A DNA stretch of 64,000 bases from an uncultured Gammaproteobacteria bacterium. Its GTDB lineage: Bacteria; Pseudomonadota; Gammaproteobacteria; Steroidobacterales; Rariloculaceae. Each line of letters opens with the position of its first letter. Position 1 is the stretch's first letter. Positions 33,756 through 44,590 of the stretch are shown here, one piece after another. The DNA is taken from positions 30,718 to 94,717 of the forward strand of contig CAWFPH010000003.1 of NCBI GenBank assembly GCA_963817615.1, given 5' to 3'. The notes under the pieces were generated by a model. It did no database searches. It saw only the letters and a list, made by a program, of their open reading frames with translations, and was not told where the DNA came from. Position numbers and translations under genes: made by a program.

Positions 33756-33840
33756 GTGATTTCACGCTCGCCGATCGCAACCGTTCTGACTCAGCATATT
33801 GCTGATGCAGCCGTGCTGTGGCAGCAGCGAAATGTAACTA
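33756..33840 (+). pseudogene. short remnant of a TIGR02270-family N-terminus
   Basis: VISRSPIATVLTQHIADAAVLWQQRNV aligns with AGCPIPTVASQHAEESVILRNVRSV at the start of the full gene about 190 nt downstream. The similarity then ends. Confidence 0.45.
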
Positions 33841-33943
33841 CTGATAATGCGAATGAGGATCCACGAATCGAAGACGTCTGCCGAGCGCTTCGTTGTCCCA
33901 ACTTGCGCCTATCTCGTGCTCGAAACCTGGAATGTTGAGCCCA

Positions 33944-35212
33944 ATGCCCCATCCCACAGCAGGATGTCCGATTCCGACTGTAGCCTCTCAGCACGCCGAG
34001 GAATCGGTGATCTTGCGCAATGTCCGCTCGGTCCTGGTGAACTCCGCGCACGTGCGGCTGCTGCACCTCCTCCGGCTCGACAACCGACTTGCTGCTCATC
34101 TCGATGGATTGGCGGTGACAGCCGAGTTTGGCTGGAGCGTGTGCGAGGCTCAACTTGACGTCCCGAGTATCGGTTCGCTATTCGTGGCGACACAGCGCGC
34201 TATCCAAGATGCCGACTCTTCGAGGCTCGAACGATTCCTTCGACTTGGAGAGACGGTATCGGTGCTGGAGCCAGGCCTTGTTTCGGCTTTCGGCTGGACA
34301 TCCGCACAATTCCTACGCGGCACGGTCAAGGCCCTGCTTGAATCCTCTACTACTTTCCGTCGTCGCGTCGGCATTTCCGCGTGCGCCATGCACGCAGTCC
34401 ACCCCGGTGCCCCTCTTGACGCAGCTCTGCGAGACCCTGACACTGCCCTACGTGCGCGCGCACTGCGCGCAATCGGCGAGCTCGGTAGGCTGGATTTGAG
34501 CACCGCCGTGCGGCGCGCAGTCGATGACCCCGACGAGACCTGCCGCTATTGGGCCGCGCGGTCCGCTGTTTTGCTCGGTGACCGCGGCAAAGGGCTCAAC
34601 CTGTTAATCGGCGGGTGTCGAGCACCGGGACCGTGTCGCGAGAGTTCGCTTCACCTTGCGCTACGTGCGATGGAGTTGCCTGCCGCGCGCGAGTTACTGC
34701 GCCTCATCAGCAGCGAGCCGAAAGACGTACGAGCACTCATCGAGGCCGCAGGCATCGTCGGCGATCCGCACTACGTGCCCTGGCTCATCAAGCAGATGGG
34801 CGACCCGAAGCTCAGCCGCCTCGCCGGCGAATCGTTTTCGCTCATCACTGGGCTCGATCTGGCGTATCTAGATCTCGATCGCCGCCCCCCCGAGGGCGAA
34901 GAGCTCGGACCGACGGCGGATCCAGACGACGAGAACGTCGCAATGGACCCGGATGAAGGGCTGCCGTTGCCCGACCCCGAAAAACTCGCCAAATGGTGGG
35001 AGGCGAACCGGCACGCATTCGCCGTCGGCACACGCTACTTCATGGGCCGGCCGCTCAGTCGGGAACACTGCCTGCAAGTGCTCAAAGAGGGTTTCCAGCG
35101 CCAGCGCGCTGCGGCCGCGCTCTATCTATCGTTGCTGCAACCGGGAACGCCGTTGTTCAACTGGCGCGCGCCGGCGTGGCGGCAGCAACGCTGGCTTGCG
35201 AGTATGCGTTGA
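33944..35212 (+). CDS. TIGR02270-family (HEAT-like repeat) protein, PA0101-like position
   Basis: ORF 33893..35212. The start is probably ATG 33944 (MPHPTAGCPIPTVASQHAEE...). LDNRLAAHLDGLAV and repeated D-P-D-x-x-x-R...A motifs are typical of this family. Intact. Confidence 0.7.
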   Translation: MPHPTAGCPIPTVASQHAEESVILRNVRSVLVNSAHVRLLHLLRLDNRLAAHLDGLAVTAEFGWSVCEAQLDVPSIGSLFVATQRAIQDADSSRLERFLRLGETVSVLEPGLVSAFGWTSAQFLRGTVKALLESSTTFRRRVGISACAMHAVHPGAPLDAALRDPDTALRARALRAIGELGRLDLSTAVRRAVDDPDETCRYWAARSAVLLGDRGKGLNLLIGGCRAPGPCRESSLHLALRAMELPAARELLRLISSEPKDVRALIEAAGIVGDPHYVPWLIKQMGDPKLSRLAGESFSLITGLDLAYLDLDRRPPEGEELGPTADPDDENVAMDPDEGLPLPDPEKLAKWWEANRHAFAVGTRYFMGRPLSREHCLQVLKEGFQRQRAAAALYLSLLQPGTPLFNWRAPAWRQQRWLASMR

Positions 35213-35328
35213 CTGGTGACGACGCTCGTGGGCCATCGACCTAGGTTTCGCACCGGCCAACCGTTACCCTTGCAGCCGATGTTGGCAACAGCGAGTCGCT
35301 CATTCGGATTGATCGTTGCGAGGCAAAC

Positions 35329-35518
35329 GTGCTGACAGCGCCGGCCGTCCCCGTCGTCTTCGTCGCCATCGCGGTGATCTTCGTGACCCTCGCGCTGCGC
35401 GATTTTCTCAAAGGCGAGTCGAAGCTGAGCCCCGCACGCAGCGCCTGGCTGCGCGTTGCGACGATTTTCGCCGTGATCGCGATTGCGCTCGTTCATCGTG
35501 AACACGTTCATGAGTTAA
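35329..35518 (+). CDS. small two-TM membrane protein (3' end uncertain)
   Basis: GTG start with GAGG 5 nt upstream. MLTAPAVPVVFVAIAVIFVTLAL...AWLRVATIFAVIAIALV gives two hydrophobic helices. This frame has no stop until 36279, but coding signal moves to the 35537 frame. The end given assumes a frame slip to TAA at 35516-35518. Confidence 0.3.
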
Positions 35519-35536
35519 CGGATCCGAGAGGCGAAG

Positions 35537-36279
35537 ATGGGTGGAAAGACACCTGGCCCGGTCGGCCAAACCGACAAGGCGCAAGACATCGACGATGGCA
35601 CGCTGGCGCGCACGAGCACGCCGAAGCCGGGTCCCAACAATGGGGCAGCGGGGCAAACCGCCGCCACGGACCACGCGCTGTCCGTGCCGCTCGACGTCTA
35701 TCTGATCAATCTCCAGATCGTCGCCGAGGAGATCGAGAGCTACGAGGTCTCGGTCGGGAAGGAGAAACGGACGCAGCGAAGGAAGGTTCGCAAGGTCGTC
35801 GAGACGGTGAAGAGCGGTCAAACCGAAGAGACGATCAATGCTTCGATCGCCCGTGCCAACGAGATCTGGAAACAGGCCGGTATCGCATTTCGACTACATC
35901 AACTCGTGCCGAAAGACGTCGAGTTCGACACGAAGACGGTGAGCGAGGAGGGTTTTCTGTCGCTGGTTGCCAGCTTGAAGCTGCCGGCCTGCCGGGACTC
36001 AGCATGATGTTCGTGCGGAATTTCGAGAGCCCGCATCTCGGCGGCCAGGCCGTGGACTCGCTCGGCGCGGGAATCGTGACCTATTTGGGGAATCCGACGC
36101 AGGGCAACACCCTGGCTCACGAGCTTGGCCATCTGCTTGGGCTGCCCGACCTGAAGCACGTCGCAAACTCGATCAAGAACCGCTACAACTTGATGTACGA
36201 GGCCAGCGCGGCGGGGTACGAGATCACGGCCGACCAGGCGAAGACCGCAGTGGAGAGAGCCAAGCTAAAGCAGAATTAG
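35537..36279 (+). pseudogene. zinc metallopeptidase-like protein with HExxHxxGxxD (snapalysin-type) motif, 1 frame change
   Basis: ATG with a GAGAGG SD and an in-frame TAA just upstream. MGGKTPGPVGQTDK... has no signal peptide. After a change near 35990 it reads MMFVRNFESPHLGGQAV...GNTLAHELGHLLGLPDLKH...*. Confidence 0.55.
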
Positions 36280-36380
36280 CGGGTCGACGGAGGCACGAAC
36301 GGCAGAACCGAACTCGGCGTAGCGATAGATTGTCGCGTAGAAACACATAGTTGGCAACTTGATCTCATGCAGTTTCCGCC

Positions 36381-36409
36381 TCGCCAATCGATACAGATCC
36401 CGCTAGTAT
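36381..36409 (+). promoter_or_regulatory. weak sigma70-type promoter candidate upstream of fha
   Basis: TCGCCA, 17-nt spacer, TAGTAT. About 37 nt upstream of ATG 36446. Confidence 0.25.
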
Positions 36410-36445
36410 CACGAACTTGCCGCTAATTGCTCCGGGGAGCCATGA

Positions 36446-37798
36446 ATGCCGCTCGTGTTGCGAGTCTTGAGTTCGCAGAACCACACGACGGCTTTCGACG
36501 GCGCGAAGACCTTCGAGACGGACGGGACCATCGGCCGGACGGTCGACAACGATTGGGTGCTGCCCGATCCTGAACGTTTCATCTCGAGCCGCCACGCGGC
36601 GATCAGTTATGAAGGCGGGCGCTACTTCATCAACGATCGCAGCACGAACGGCATTGGCCGTCAACGGCCGCGAGATGGAGAAGGGCGGCCGTCTCGAGCT
36701 CAAGATCGGGCGACCACATGACCATCGGCGGCTATCAGATTGCCGTCTCGGTCGAGGGTCCGGTTGCGCCGGGGCCGATCGGCGCTGCATTCGCCTCGGC
36801 TCCTCCGCCGGCCTCGATCGACGACATTTTTTCGGACCCCAACCCTTTCGCGGCTACTCGCGAGGCGCCAATGCCTCGATCCGCTGGTGGCGCTCGGCGG
36901 CGCGGAAGGGCCGCGTCCCAGTGCCGCGCCGGCGCCGCGTACGGTGGACGATCATCCCGCGCGGAGTCGGAGTTCTTCGAGCCGCCGCGCATGATCAAAG
37001 CGCCGCCACCGGCCAGGCGGCCGGCAGAGATTCCGGAGGACTGGGACTCAACGGGCTTCTCGGCGGCCGCGGCCGGCTGCGCCCTCGGGCGCGCCGACCG
37101 AACCTCCCGCTCCGCCGCCCCCGCACGGCGCTTCGACGCCTCCCCCTGCGGACTGGGCCGCCGAGCAAACTCCGTCGCCGCCGCCGGCGAGAACGATGGC
37201 CTCCCCGGCACAGCCGGTCGATGTCTCGGGCTTGCTGCGGGCTGCGGGCATCGATCCCGCCGCGGCCGATCCAGCGCTAGTAGCGTCTCTCGGCGAGGTG
37301 CTGCGAGTCGTCGTCGAGGGCTTGATGGGCGTGCTCAAGGCGCGTGCGGAGATCAAGAATCAGTTCCGGGTTGCGATGACGACGCTGAAGCCGCTCGACA
37401 ACAACCCACTGAAGTTCTCCGTGGACGCAAACGACGCTCTGTTCAATTTGTTCGGAAGAAAAACAGCTAGTTTTCAGTCACCTGTAGATGCTTTCAGAGA
37501 TGCGTTCGAAGATCTAAAGGCGCATCAAATGGCAATGATGGCGGGTATGCGGGCGGCATTCACGGAGCTGATGGGGCGGTTCGATCCCGATCAGTTGCAG
37601 GAGGCTTTCGACCGCGGAATGAAGCGCGCTGCGATCCTCGATGTCATCAACCGGACGAAGTATTGGGACCTCTATCGAGAGATGTACAAATCGCTCGGCG
37701 ACGACGATTCGAGCTTCAGACGGCTGTTCGGCGACGAGTTCGCTCAGGCGTACGAGGAGCAGATGCAGCGTCTTACGGCGCTGCGCAGAAGGCGGTAA
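36446..37798 (+). pseudogene. tagH: Fha/TagH FHA-domain T6SS scaffold protein, 3-5 frame changes
   Basis: FHA core GTIGRTVDNDWVLPDPERFISSRHAAISYEGGRYFINDRSTNG, then AVNGREMEKGGRLELKIG, then HMTIGGYQIAVS, a Pro-rich linker with IPEDWD, and an intact C-domain (ORF 37196..37798). Changes near 36655, 36712, about 37065, and perhaps 36870 and 36960. Confidence 0.8.
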
Positions 37799-37862
37799 AT
37801 GGCCTATCATCTCCGCAACAAACAGAATAACTAGACGTTCAGCCGCCCCGCGGGGAGATGCA

Positions 37863-38361
37863 ATGAAGCCCGCTCGCATTCACAAGCCGTGGCTTCGTCG
37901 TGGTGCTCGTAGCCTGCGCGTTCGCGCCTATCGGCGCGCATGCCAAGGAGACGAAGCTCGTGAGCCAGGTCGTGGCCGCGGCCAAGATCAACCCGAACCT
38001 TCACGGCACGCCGCAGCCGGTCAAGCTCCACATCTACTATCTGGCCAAATCCGACGCGTTCATGCAGGCCAATTTCGGCGATCTGATCGCGCCGAAGGCG
38101 CCGGTGCTCGGTCCGGATCTAATCCGGCAAACTGAGACGCTCATCGGCCCCGGCGAGATGGCCGCGCTCGACGACAAGTTCGATGCGGCTGCACAGTTCA
38201 TCGGGGTCGTGGCCGAGTTCACCGACATCGACAACGCTTCCTGGAGAGCGGTCGCGGCCGTGCCCGCCAAGAAGTGGTCGGATGTGGTAAAGCTCTTCAG
38301 TCACAAGAAACTTCTGATCTCGGTCGACGGCACGTCCGTGACTTGTGAGATCGAGCATTGA
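37863..38361 (+). pseudogene. tssJ: TssJ outer-membrane lipoprotein, 1 frame change in the signal peptide
   Basis: ORF 37900..38361 carries the TssJ body (VKLHIYYLAKSDAFMQANF...). A proper lipoprotein signal (MKPARIHKP-x-GFVVVLVAC, lipobox LVAC) needs ATG 37863 plus a frame change near 37888. Confidence 0.7.
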
Positions 38362-38382
38362 GTCCTTCACAAAGGCTGGTCG

Positions 38383-39717
38383 ATGTCCTGGAAGAACAAA
38401 GTCTTATGGTTCGAAGGTCTGTTTCTGCGCCCGCATCATTTTCAGCAGCACGACCGCTATCTCGAGGATTACGTGGAAGGCCGGTGTCGCGGCCTGCGCA
38501 ACCACGGCTGGGGGTTTACGGAGCTGACGCTCGATCAGGATCTGCTCGCGATCGGTAAAGTGGCCGTCGCCAGCGCGGCGGGCGTGTTTCCGGACGGTAC
38601 GCCTTTCAACATACCGGACGACGACCGCCCCCCGGTTGCGCTCGACCTCGACACGTCCGTGAGGGAGTGCCGTGTGCATCTCGCGTTGCCCGCGCGGCGG
38701 TTGGGCGAGCGCGAGGTCGAAGGCGGGGATCAACGGGAAGGATTGGCGCGTTACGTGCCGCGGGAATTCGAGACGCAAGATACGAGCGGCGATCTGCAAA
38801 GCGTCGCGCAAATGCGGGTCGGCACGTTGCGCACGCGGTTGTTGCTCGACACCGATCAGCGCGAGGAGTACGCGTGCCTCGGCGTCGCGCAGGTCGTCGA
38901 GGTGAAAGCGGACCGTAGCGTCTCGCTGCGCAAGGACTACATACCGCCGGTGCTCGATTGCCAGGTTTCGCCCGTGTTGGCCGGCTTCATCGCGGAGTTG
39001 AGCGGCCTGCTGCACCATCGTGGTGAAGCGCTTGCCGGCCGGGTTACCGCGTCCGGGCGCGGCGGCGCCGCGGAGATCGCCGAGTTCTTGTTCCTCCAGG
39101 CCGTGAATCGGTACGAGCCGACCGCGGCTCACCTCGCCGGGCTGACCGGGTTACACCCTGAGGAGCTCTATCGAGCTCTGATCGAGATCGCCGGAGAGCT
39201 CGCTACGTTCACGCACGCTGCGAAGCGGCCGCCGCAGTTTGCCACGTACCGGCACGACGACCTACGCGCGACGTTCGAGCCCGTGATGGCCTCGCTGCGG
39301 GAGTCGCTCGGCGCGGTCATCGAGCAAATGGCGATCCGGATTCCGCTCAAAGAGCCGCGCTACGGCATTCGGGCCGCACCGCTCGCCGATCGGTCGTTGC
39401 TCGGCTCAGCGAGCTTCGTGCTCGCGGTTCGCGCCGACGTTCCGACTGAGGAGCTGCGAGCACATTTCCCGGCGCAGACGAAGATCGGGGCGGTCGAAAA
39501 AATCCGCGATCTCGTGATGTCGCAGCTTCCGGGAGTCGCGATTCGACCGTTGCCGGTCGCACCGCGGCAGATTCCTTACCATGCCGATTTCGTCTATTTC
39601 GAGCTCGATCGCTCGAGCGAATACTGGCCGAACATGCAGGACTCGGGGGGCTTCGCGATTCACGTCGGCGGCGAGATTCACGGCCTCGACATGCAATTCT
39701 GGGCAATCCGCAAGTAA
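38383..39717 (+). CDS. tssK: TssK baseplate subunit
   Basis: Intact 444 aa. MSWKNKVLWFEGLFLRPHHFQQHDRYLE is the canonical TssK N-terminus. Confidence 0.95.
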   Translation: MSWKNKVLWFEGLFLRPHHFQQHDRYLEDYVEGRCRGLRNHGWGFTELTLDQDLLAIGKVAVASAAGVFPDGTPFNIPDDDRPPVALDLDTSVRECRVHLALPARRLGEREVEGGDQREGLARYVPREFETQDTSGDLQSVAQMRVGTLRTRLLLDTDQREEYACLGVAQVVEVKADRSVSLRKDYIPPVLDCQVSPVLAGFIAELSGLLHHRGEALAGRVTASGRGGAAEIAEFLFLQAVNRYEPTAAHLAGLTGLHPEELYRALIEIAGELATFTHAAKRPPQFATYRHDDLRATFEPVMASLRESLGAVIEQMAIRIPLKEPRYGIRAAPLADRSLLGSASFVLAVRADVPTEELRAHFPAQTKIGAVEKIRDLVMSQLPGVAIRPLPVAPRQIPYHADFVYFELDRSSEYWPNMQDSGGFAIHVGGEIHGLDMQFWAIRK

Positions 39718-39719
39718 CG

Positions 39720-41026
39720 ATGACGGACGATCCTTTTTCCAGCGGCGAAGATCGAACGGTGTTGCGGCCGACGCCCGGCGGCAGGCGTCGAGAGGCTGCC
39801 GCGGCTCACGCCGCTGCTGCGGCGCCGGTGCGCTCGACACACGGCACGGCGCTACAGCGCATGGACGGATCGGACGTCAACCCGCTGACCGGTGCCGCTG
39901 CGCCGTTGCTCGCGCTGGCCGGTCAGCTGCGCAACACGATGAGCCATCCGGACCCCGAGGGCCTGTTTCGCCACGTCGCGCAGGAGATGAAGAACTTCGA
40001 GGCGGCGGCGGCGAAGCGCCGGAGTGCCGTCCGAGGCGGTGCTTGCGGCGCGTTACGCGTTGTGCACGCTGATCGACGAGGTCGTTCTCAATACGCCGTG
40101 GGGCAGCCAAAGTGCCTGGGCGAGCCAAACGTTGCTGAATCTATTCCACCGCGAAGGGTGGGGGGGAGAGAAGTTCTTCCAGATGGTCGATCGCGTGATG
40201 CAGCAGCCGGCCAGCCAACCTCGCGCTGCTGGAGCTGTTCTATCTCTGCATGGCCATGGGGCTCGAAGGCAAGTACCGCGTCGTGGCGGGCGGGCGGTCG
40301 ACACCTCGATACGCTGCAGACGAACGTCGCGCAGGCCATTCGGACGCAGCGCGGGGAATTCGAGAGAGAGCTCTCGCCGCATTGGCGGGGCGTGCAGGAT
40401 GCTCGCCCGAAGTTCGCGGAATACGTTCCGCTATGGACGGTTGCGGCGGCCGGCGTCGGCGTGCTGGTGTTGGTCTATTTCGCGTTTCTGTTCTTCTTGA
40501 ATCAGCGATCGGACCCCGTTACGCTCAGGTGGCCGCGCTCGGCCGCGAGGTGCCGCCGCTCGTGCAACGGCAAGGGTACGTCCAGCCACAAGCGCGCGCG
40601 GCTGCGCGATTGCTTGCGCCGCAGGCGAGGCAGGGCGCGCTCGAAGTGCAAGACCGCGGCGATACGGAGACCGTCATCCTGCGCGAAGGCCTGTTTCCGT
40701 CCGGCAGCGGCGAAGTGGACTCTGCGAAACTTCCGGTGCTCGAGGCCGTCGGCAATGCTTTGAACCGCCTGCCGGGTCAAGTCCTGATCACGGGCCATAC
40801 GGACAACATCCCGATCCGGAGTCTATTGTTCCCATCGAACTGGGCGCTTTCGAAACGACGCGCAGAGGCGGTGCGCGACATTCTCGCGCGATTCGTTCCG
40901 CCGCAGCGTCTGTCGGCGGAGCCGCGAGCCGACAGCGAGCCTCTGGTCGCGAACGACACGCCCGAGCATCGAGCGCTGAATCGTCGCGTCGAAATCACGT
41001 TGTTCTCGCTGCCGACGAGGGAGTGA
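39720..41026 (+). pseudogene. tssL: TssL (DotU) with C-terminal OmpA/MotB-like peptidoglycan-binding domain, about 4 frame changes
   Basis: DotU core (AARYALCTLIDEVVLNTPWGSQSAWASQTLLNLFH; LLELFYLCMAMGLEGKYR), TM helix (VPLWTVAAAGVGVLVLVYFAFLFF), and OmpA-like end (ITGHTDNIPI...NWALSKRRAEAVRDIL...NRRVEI). Changes near 40020, 40215, 40290, 40525. Confidence 0.85.
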
Positions 41027-41030
41027 AGAC

Positions 41031-44000
41031 ATGTTGAAGCTGCTCAAGAACCCTTGGCTGGTCAGGATTCCGGCCATGGTCGCTCGTGAGCGTGCTGATC
41101 TACGTGCTCGGTCCGTTGTTCGCGTTCGGACGCTATCGGCCGCTCGAGAGCGTCGAGGCACGCTACTTCGCGATCTTGATGGTCCTCGTTATTTGGCTCG
41201 TCCGTTTCGTGCTGAAGGCGCAACGTGCGGCGAACGCCGACAAGAAAATGGCGAACGCCATGGTCGCCGCGCCGATCACGCCTTTGCCGGCGGCCCCGGA
41301 CATGTCGGCGGAGGAGTTGAAGACGATTCGGGATCGCTTCGAGGAAGCGCTCGGTATCTTGAAGAAGTCTCGAGGCCGCAAAGGGCCGGCTCAGCCTTTA
41401 CGACTTCCTTGGTACATGATCATTGGCCCGCCGGGCTCTGGAAAAACCACCGCGCTCTTGAATTCCGGCTTGCGCTTTCCTCTCGCCGACCGGTTCGGCC
41501 CGGAAGCAATCCGCGGCGTCGGCGGCACGCGAAATTGCGATTGGTGGTTTACCGACGATGCGATCTTGATCGATACGGCGGGCCGATACACCACCCAGGA
41601 CAGCGATGCAAAGATCGATCAGGCGGGCTGGCTGGGGTTTCTCGATCTACTGAAGAAGCATCGCCGCCGCCGACCGATCAACGGGATTTTCGTCGCGATC
41701 TCCGTCGCCGATTTGCTAACGCAGTCCGAGCAGGAGCGTCGTGCGCAGGTGCTCGCCATCAAAGAGCGCGTCATGGAGCTCGACAAGCATTTCGGCATAC
41801 GCTTCCCCATCTACGTTTGTTCACGAAGTGCGATCTCGTCGCGGGCTTCACGGAGTTCTTCGAGGATCTTGGGCGAGGCGATCGAGAGCAGGTCTGGGGC
41901 GTCACGTTTCCGTACTCGGACGATGCGTCGGCGAGCCCCGCCGGCCAGTTCGGCGCGGAGTTCGATCGGCTGATTCGCCGTCTCAACGAGCGGCTGATCA
42001 GCCGTATCAGCCAAGAGCGCGACGTGCGCCGCCGCGGGCTGATTCACGGCTTCCCGAAGCAAATGTCGAGTCTGAGGGACGGCTTCACGTCGTTCGTCGG
42101 CGAGGTCTTCCAAAGCAGCCGCTACGAAACGAGCCCGCTGCTGCGCGGCGTCTATTTCACGAGTGGAACGCAGGAGGGTACGCCGATCGACCGGCTGATG
42201 AGCGTGCTCGCCAAGACGTTTCGCATCGATGCGCAGGCGTTGCCGCCGCAAACCGCGGCAGGCAAGAGCTTCTTCATCGCGGACGTGCTTCGGAAGATTG
42301 CGTTCGCCGAAGCGGGTCTGGCCGGAACGAATCGTCGCTTCGAGCTGCAACGCGCTTGGTTGCAGAAGGGGGCGTACGTCGGCGTGATGCGGGCTCGTTG
42401 CGTTGGCCGCCACTGCTTGGGTGTTCGCCTATTTCCACAATCGCGCGCTTCGTCGAGCGGGTCGGGGCGCAAGCGCGCCAGGCCCGCGAAGCGATCTCCG
42501 CAATCGACAATCGCGACTACGATCCGCTGTCGGTGCTTGCCGGCTCTGGACGCGGTTCGGCAGTTGCCGGGCGGCTATGCTGATCGTGAGCGCGGCGGCT
42601 CCTGGTTCGGCGATTTCGGCCTCTCGCAGCAGGACAAGATCGGCGACGCCGCCGTCGCTACTTACCGGCGGCTGCTCAATCAGTTGTTCCTCTCGAGAAT
42701 CATGCTGCGGTTGGAGGATCAGCTGCAGCGCGGCGGACCTACGCCCGACTACACTTACGAGGCGCTCAAGGCCTACCTAATGCTCGACTCACGTGAGCAC
42801 TACGATGCGGACGCGATCAAGGCGTTCGTGCAGCTCGACTGGGACACGAATCTGCAGCGCCAGGTGAGCACCGAGCAACGTCAGGCGCTTGCGGCGCATC
42901 TGAAAGCCACGTTCGAAGAACGGCCGTTGCCGTTGCCGTTGCCGCTCGATGATGCGGTGGTCGCGCAGGCGCGCCGCGACGTTCGGGCCATTCCACTCGA
43001 GGATCGGATCTACGGACGGTTGCGCCGCACGTTCCAGGGCGACGTCCCGGGCTTCAACATTCGCGACGCGGCGGGCGGCGCTACCGCCGAACTCGTCTTC
43101 GTCCGGAAGAGCGGTGCACCGCTCGCTCAAGCGCTCCCGCCGCTGTTCACCAAACAGGCGTATCAGCAGGTATTCGTCGCGAAGAGTCGCGAATTGACTT
43201 CGGAGCTTGCCGGTGAGTCGTGGATACTCGGCGACCAGCAGACCATCGATGCCGCCGAGCAGGAGCGCCTGCTCGCGCGCGTGCGCGAGCGGTATTTGGA
43301 CGAGTTCGCTCGTCTTTATAGCGACGCGATTCTCGACGTCGGCCTGGCGCCGTTCAACACGCCCGAGGAGGCTGCACGCATCTTCAATATCCTGTCGCGG
43401 CCGGAGGACTCGCCGCTCCTGTTGTTGCTGCAGGAGATCTCGCGGCAGACGTCGCTGGACAAGGTCGACGACAAGGGCGGGTTGGCTGCTCAGGTCGGCG
43501 GCAAGGTGACCCAGTTGCAGGAGCAGCTGAAGCAGGTGATCGGCGCGGCCGGTCAGGCACCGCAATCCCTGACCGACGCGCTCGTCCGCAACGGCGTCGA
43601 GCAGCGTTTCCGAGCGCTGAATGCGCTCGTGCAACCCGCCGCCGACGGCAAGCCGCGGCCGGTGGACCACTTGCTCGACCTGATGCGGCAGCTCTACCAA
43701 TACATGAGCGTTGTCGCGAGCGAGGCGGCCGGTGGTGCGATTCCGCCGCAGGTCCAGCAGCAAGGTCAGGCCGTGCTGCAACAGTTTCGCGCGGAGGCGC
43801 CGGCTCAGCCCAATATGCTCGTGGGCGATTTGCTGCAAACGGCCGCGGCCCGAACGGCCGCGCTCACGACCGGAGGATTGCGCGCTTACCTGAACGACCT
43901 TTGGCAGTCCGGGCCGCTCCAAGTGTGCCGCCAGGCAATCGCCAATCGATACCCGATCGTCCGCGGCTCGGAGCAGACCATCCGTCTCGACGACTTCGGC

Positions 44001-44589
44001 GCGTTCTTCGGCTACGGCGGCCAGATGGACCGGTTCTTCAACGAGCATTTGCGCCAGTACGTCGACGCAACGAGCCTCGCCGTGGCGCACGCGGCAGACC
44101 GGCAACGTGCCGATCCAGCTCTCGCAAGCGGCGCTGCGGGCGTTCGAGAACGCCGACGTCATCAAACAGACGTTCTTCCGGCCGGGCAGCATGATGCCGT
44201 CCGTTTCCTTCGACCTGCGGCCGCTCGAAATGGACCCGGGTCTCAGCCGGTTCCTACTGTCGCTCGAAGGCAAGGTGGTGGTCTACGAATTCGGACCGCG
44301 GACCTCGACGCTGATGCAGTGGCCCGGTCCCGAGCCGGGCACCGAGGTGCGGCTCGAGTTCCGTGACCGGCAGAACGGTCAGACCGCGATGGAGCGCGTC
44401 CAAGGACCCTGGGCGTGGTTCAGAGTGCTCGACAAGTCGCATCTCGCGCCGACCAACGTCCCCGAGCAATTCCAGGTCTCGTTCTCATCTGGCTCGCGCT
44501 CGGCTCAATACGAGCTCATCGCACGCAGCGCCTTCAATCCTTTCGCCCTGACGCAGCTGCAACAGTTCGAGTGCCCCGGTTCTCTCTGA
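41031..44589 (+). pseudogene. tssM: TssM (IcmF), about 6 frame changes
   Basis: ATG 41031 with a GGGAG SD. TM helices, Walker A GPPGSGKTTALLNSG, DTAGRY, and a long IcmF periplasmic domain ending FECPGSL*. Changes near 41082, 41818, 42385, 42445, 42540, 44075. Confidence 0.9.
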
Positions 44590-44590
44590 G

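Noticed and set aside
35283-36358. Shared 9-mer GTTGGCAAC followed by CTCAT, upstream of the 2-TM ORF (about 35283) and upstream of fha (about 36344).
   Set aside because: There are only two copies. A 9-mer match is expected by chance about 0.5 times in a window of this size. No further similarity surrounds them.
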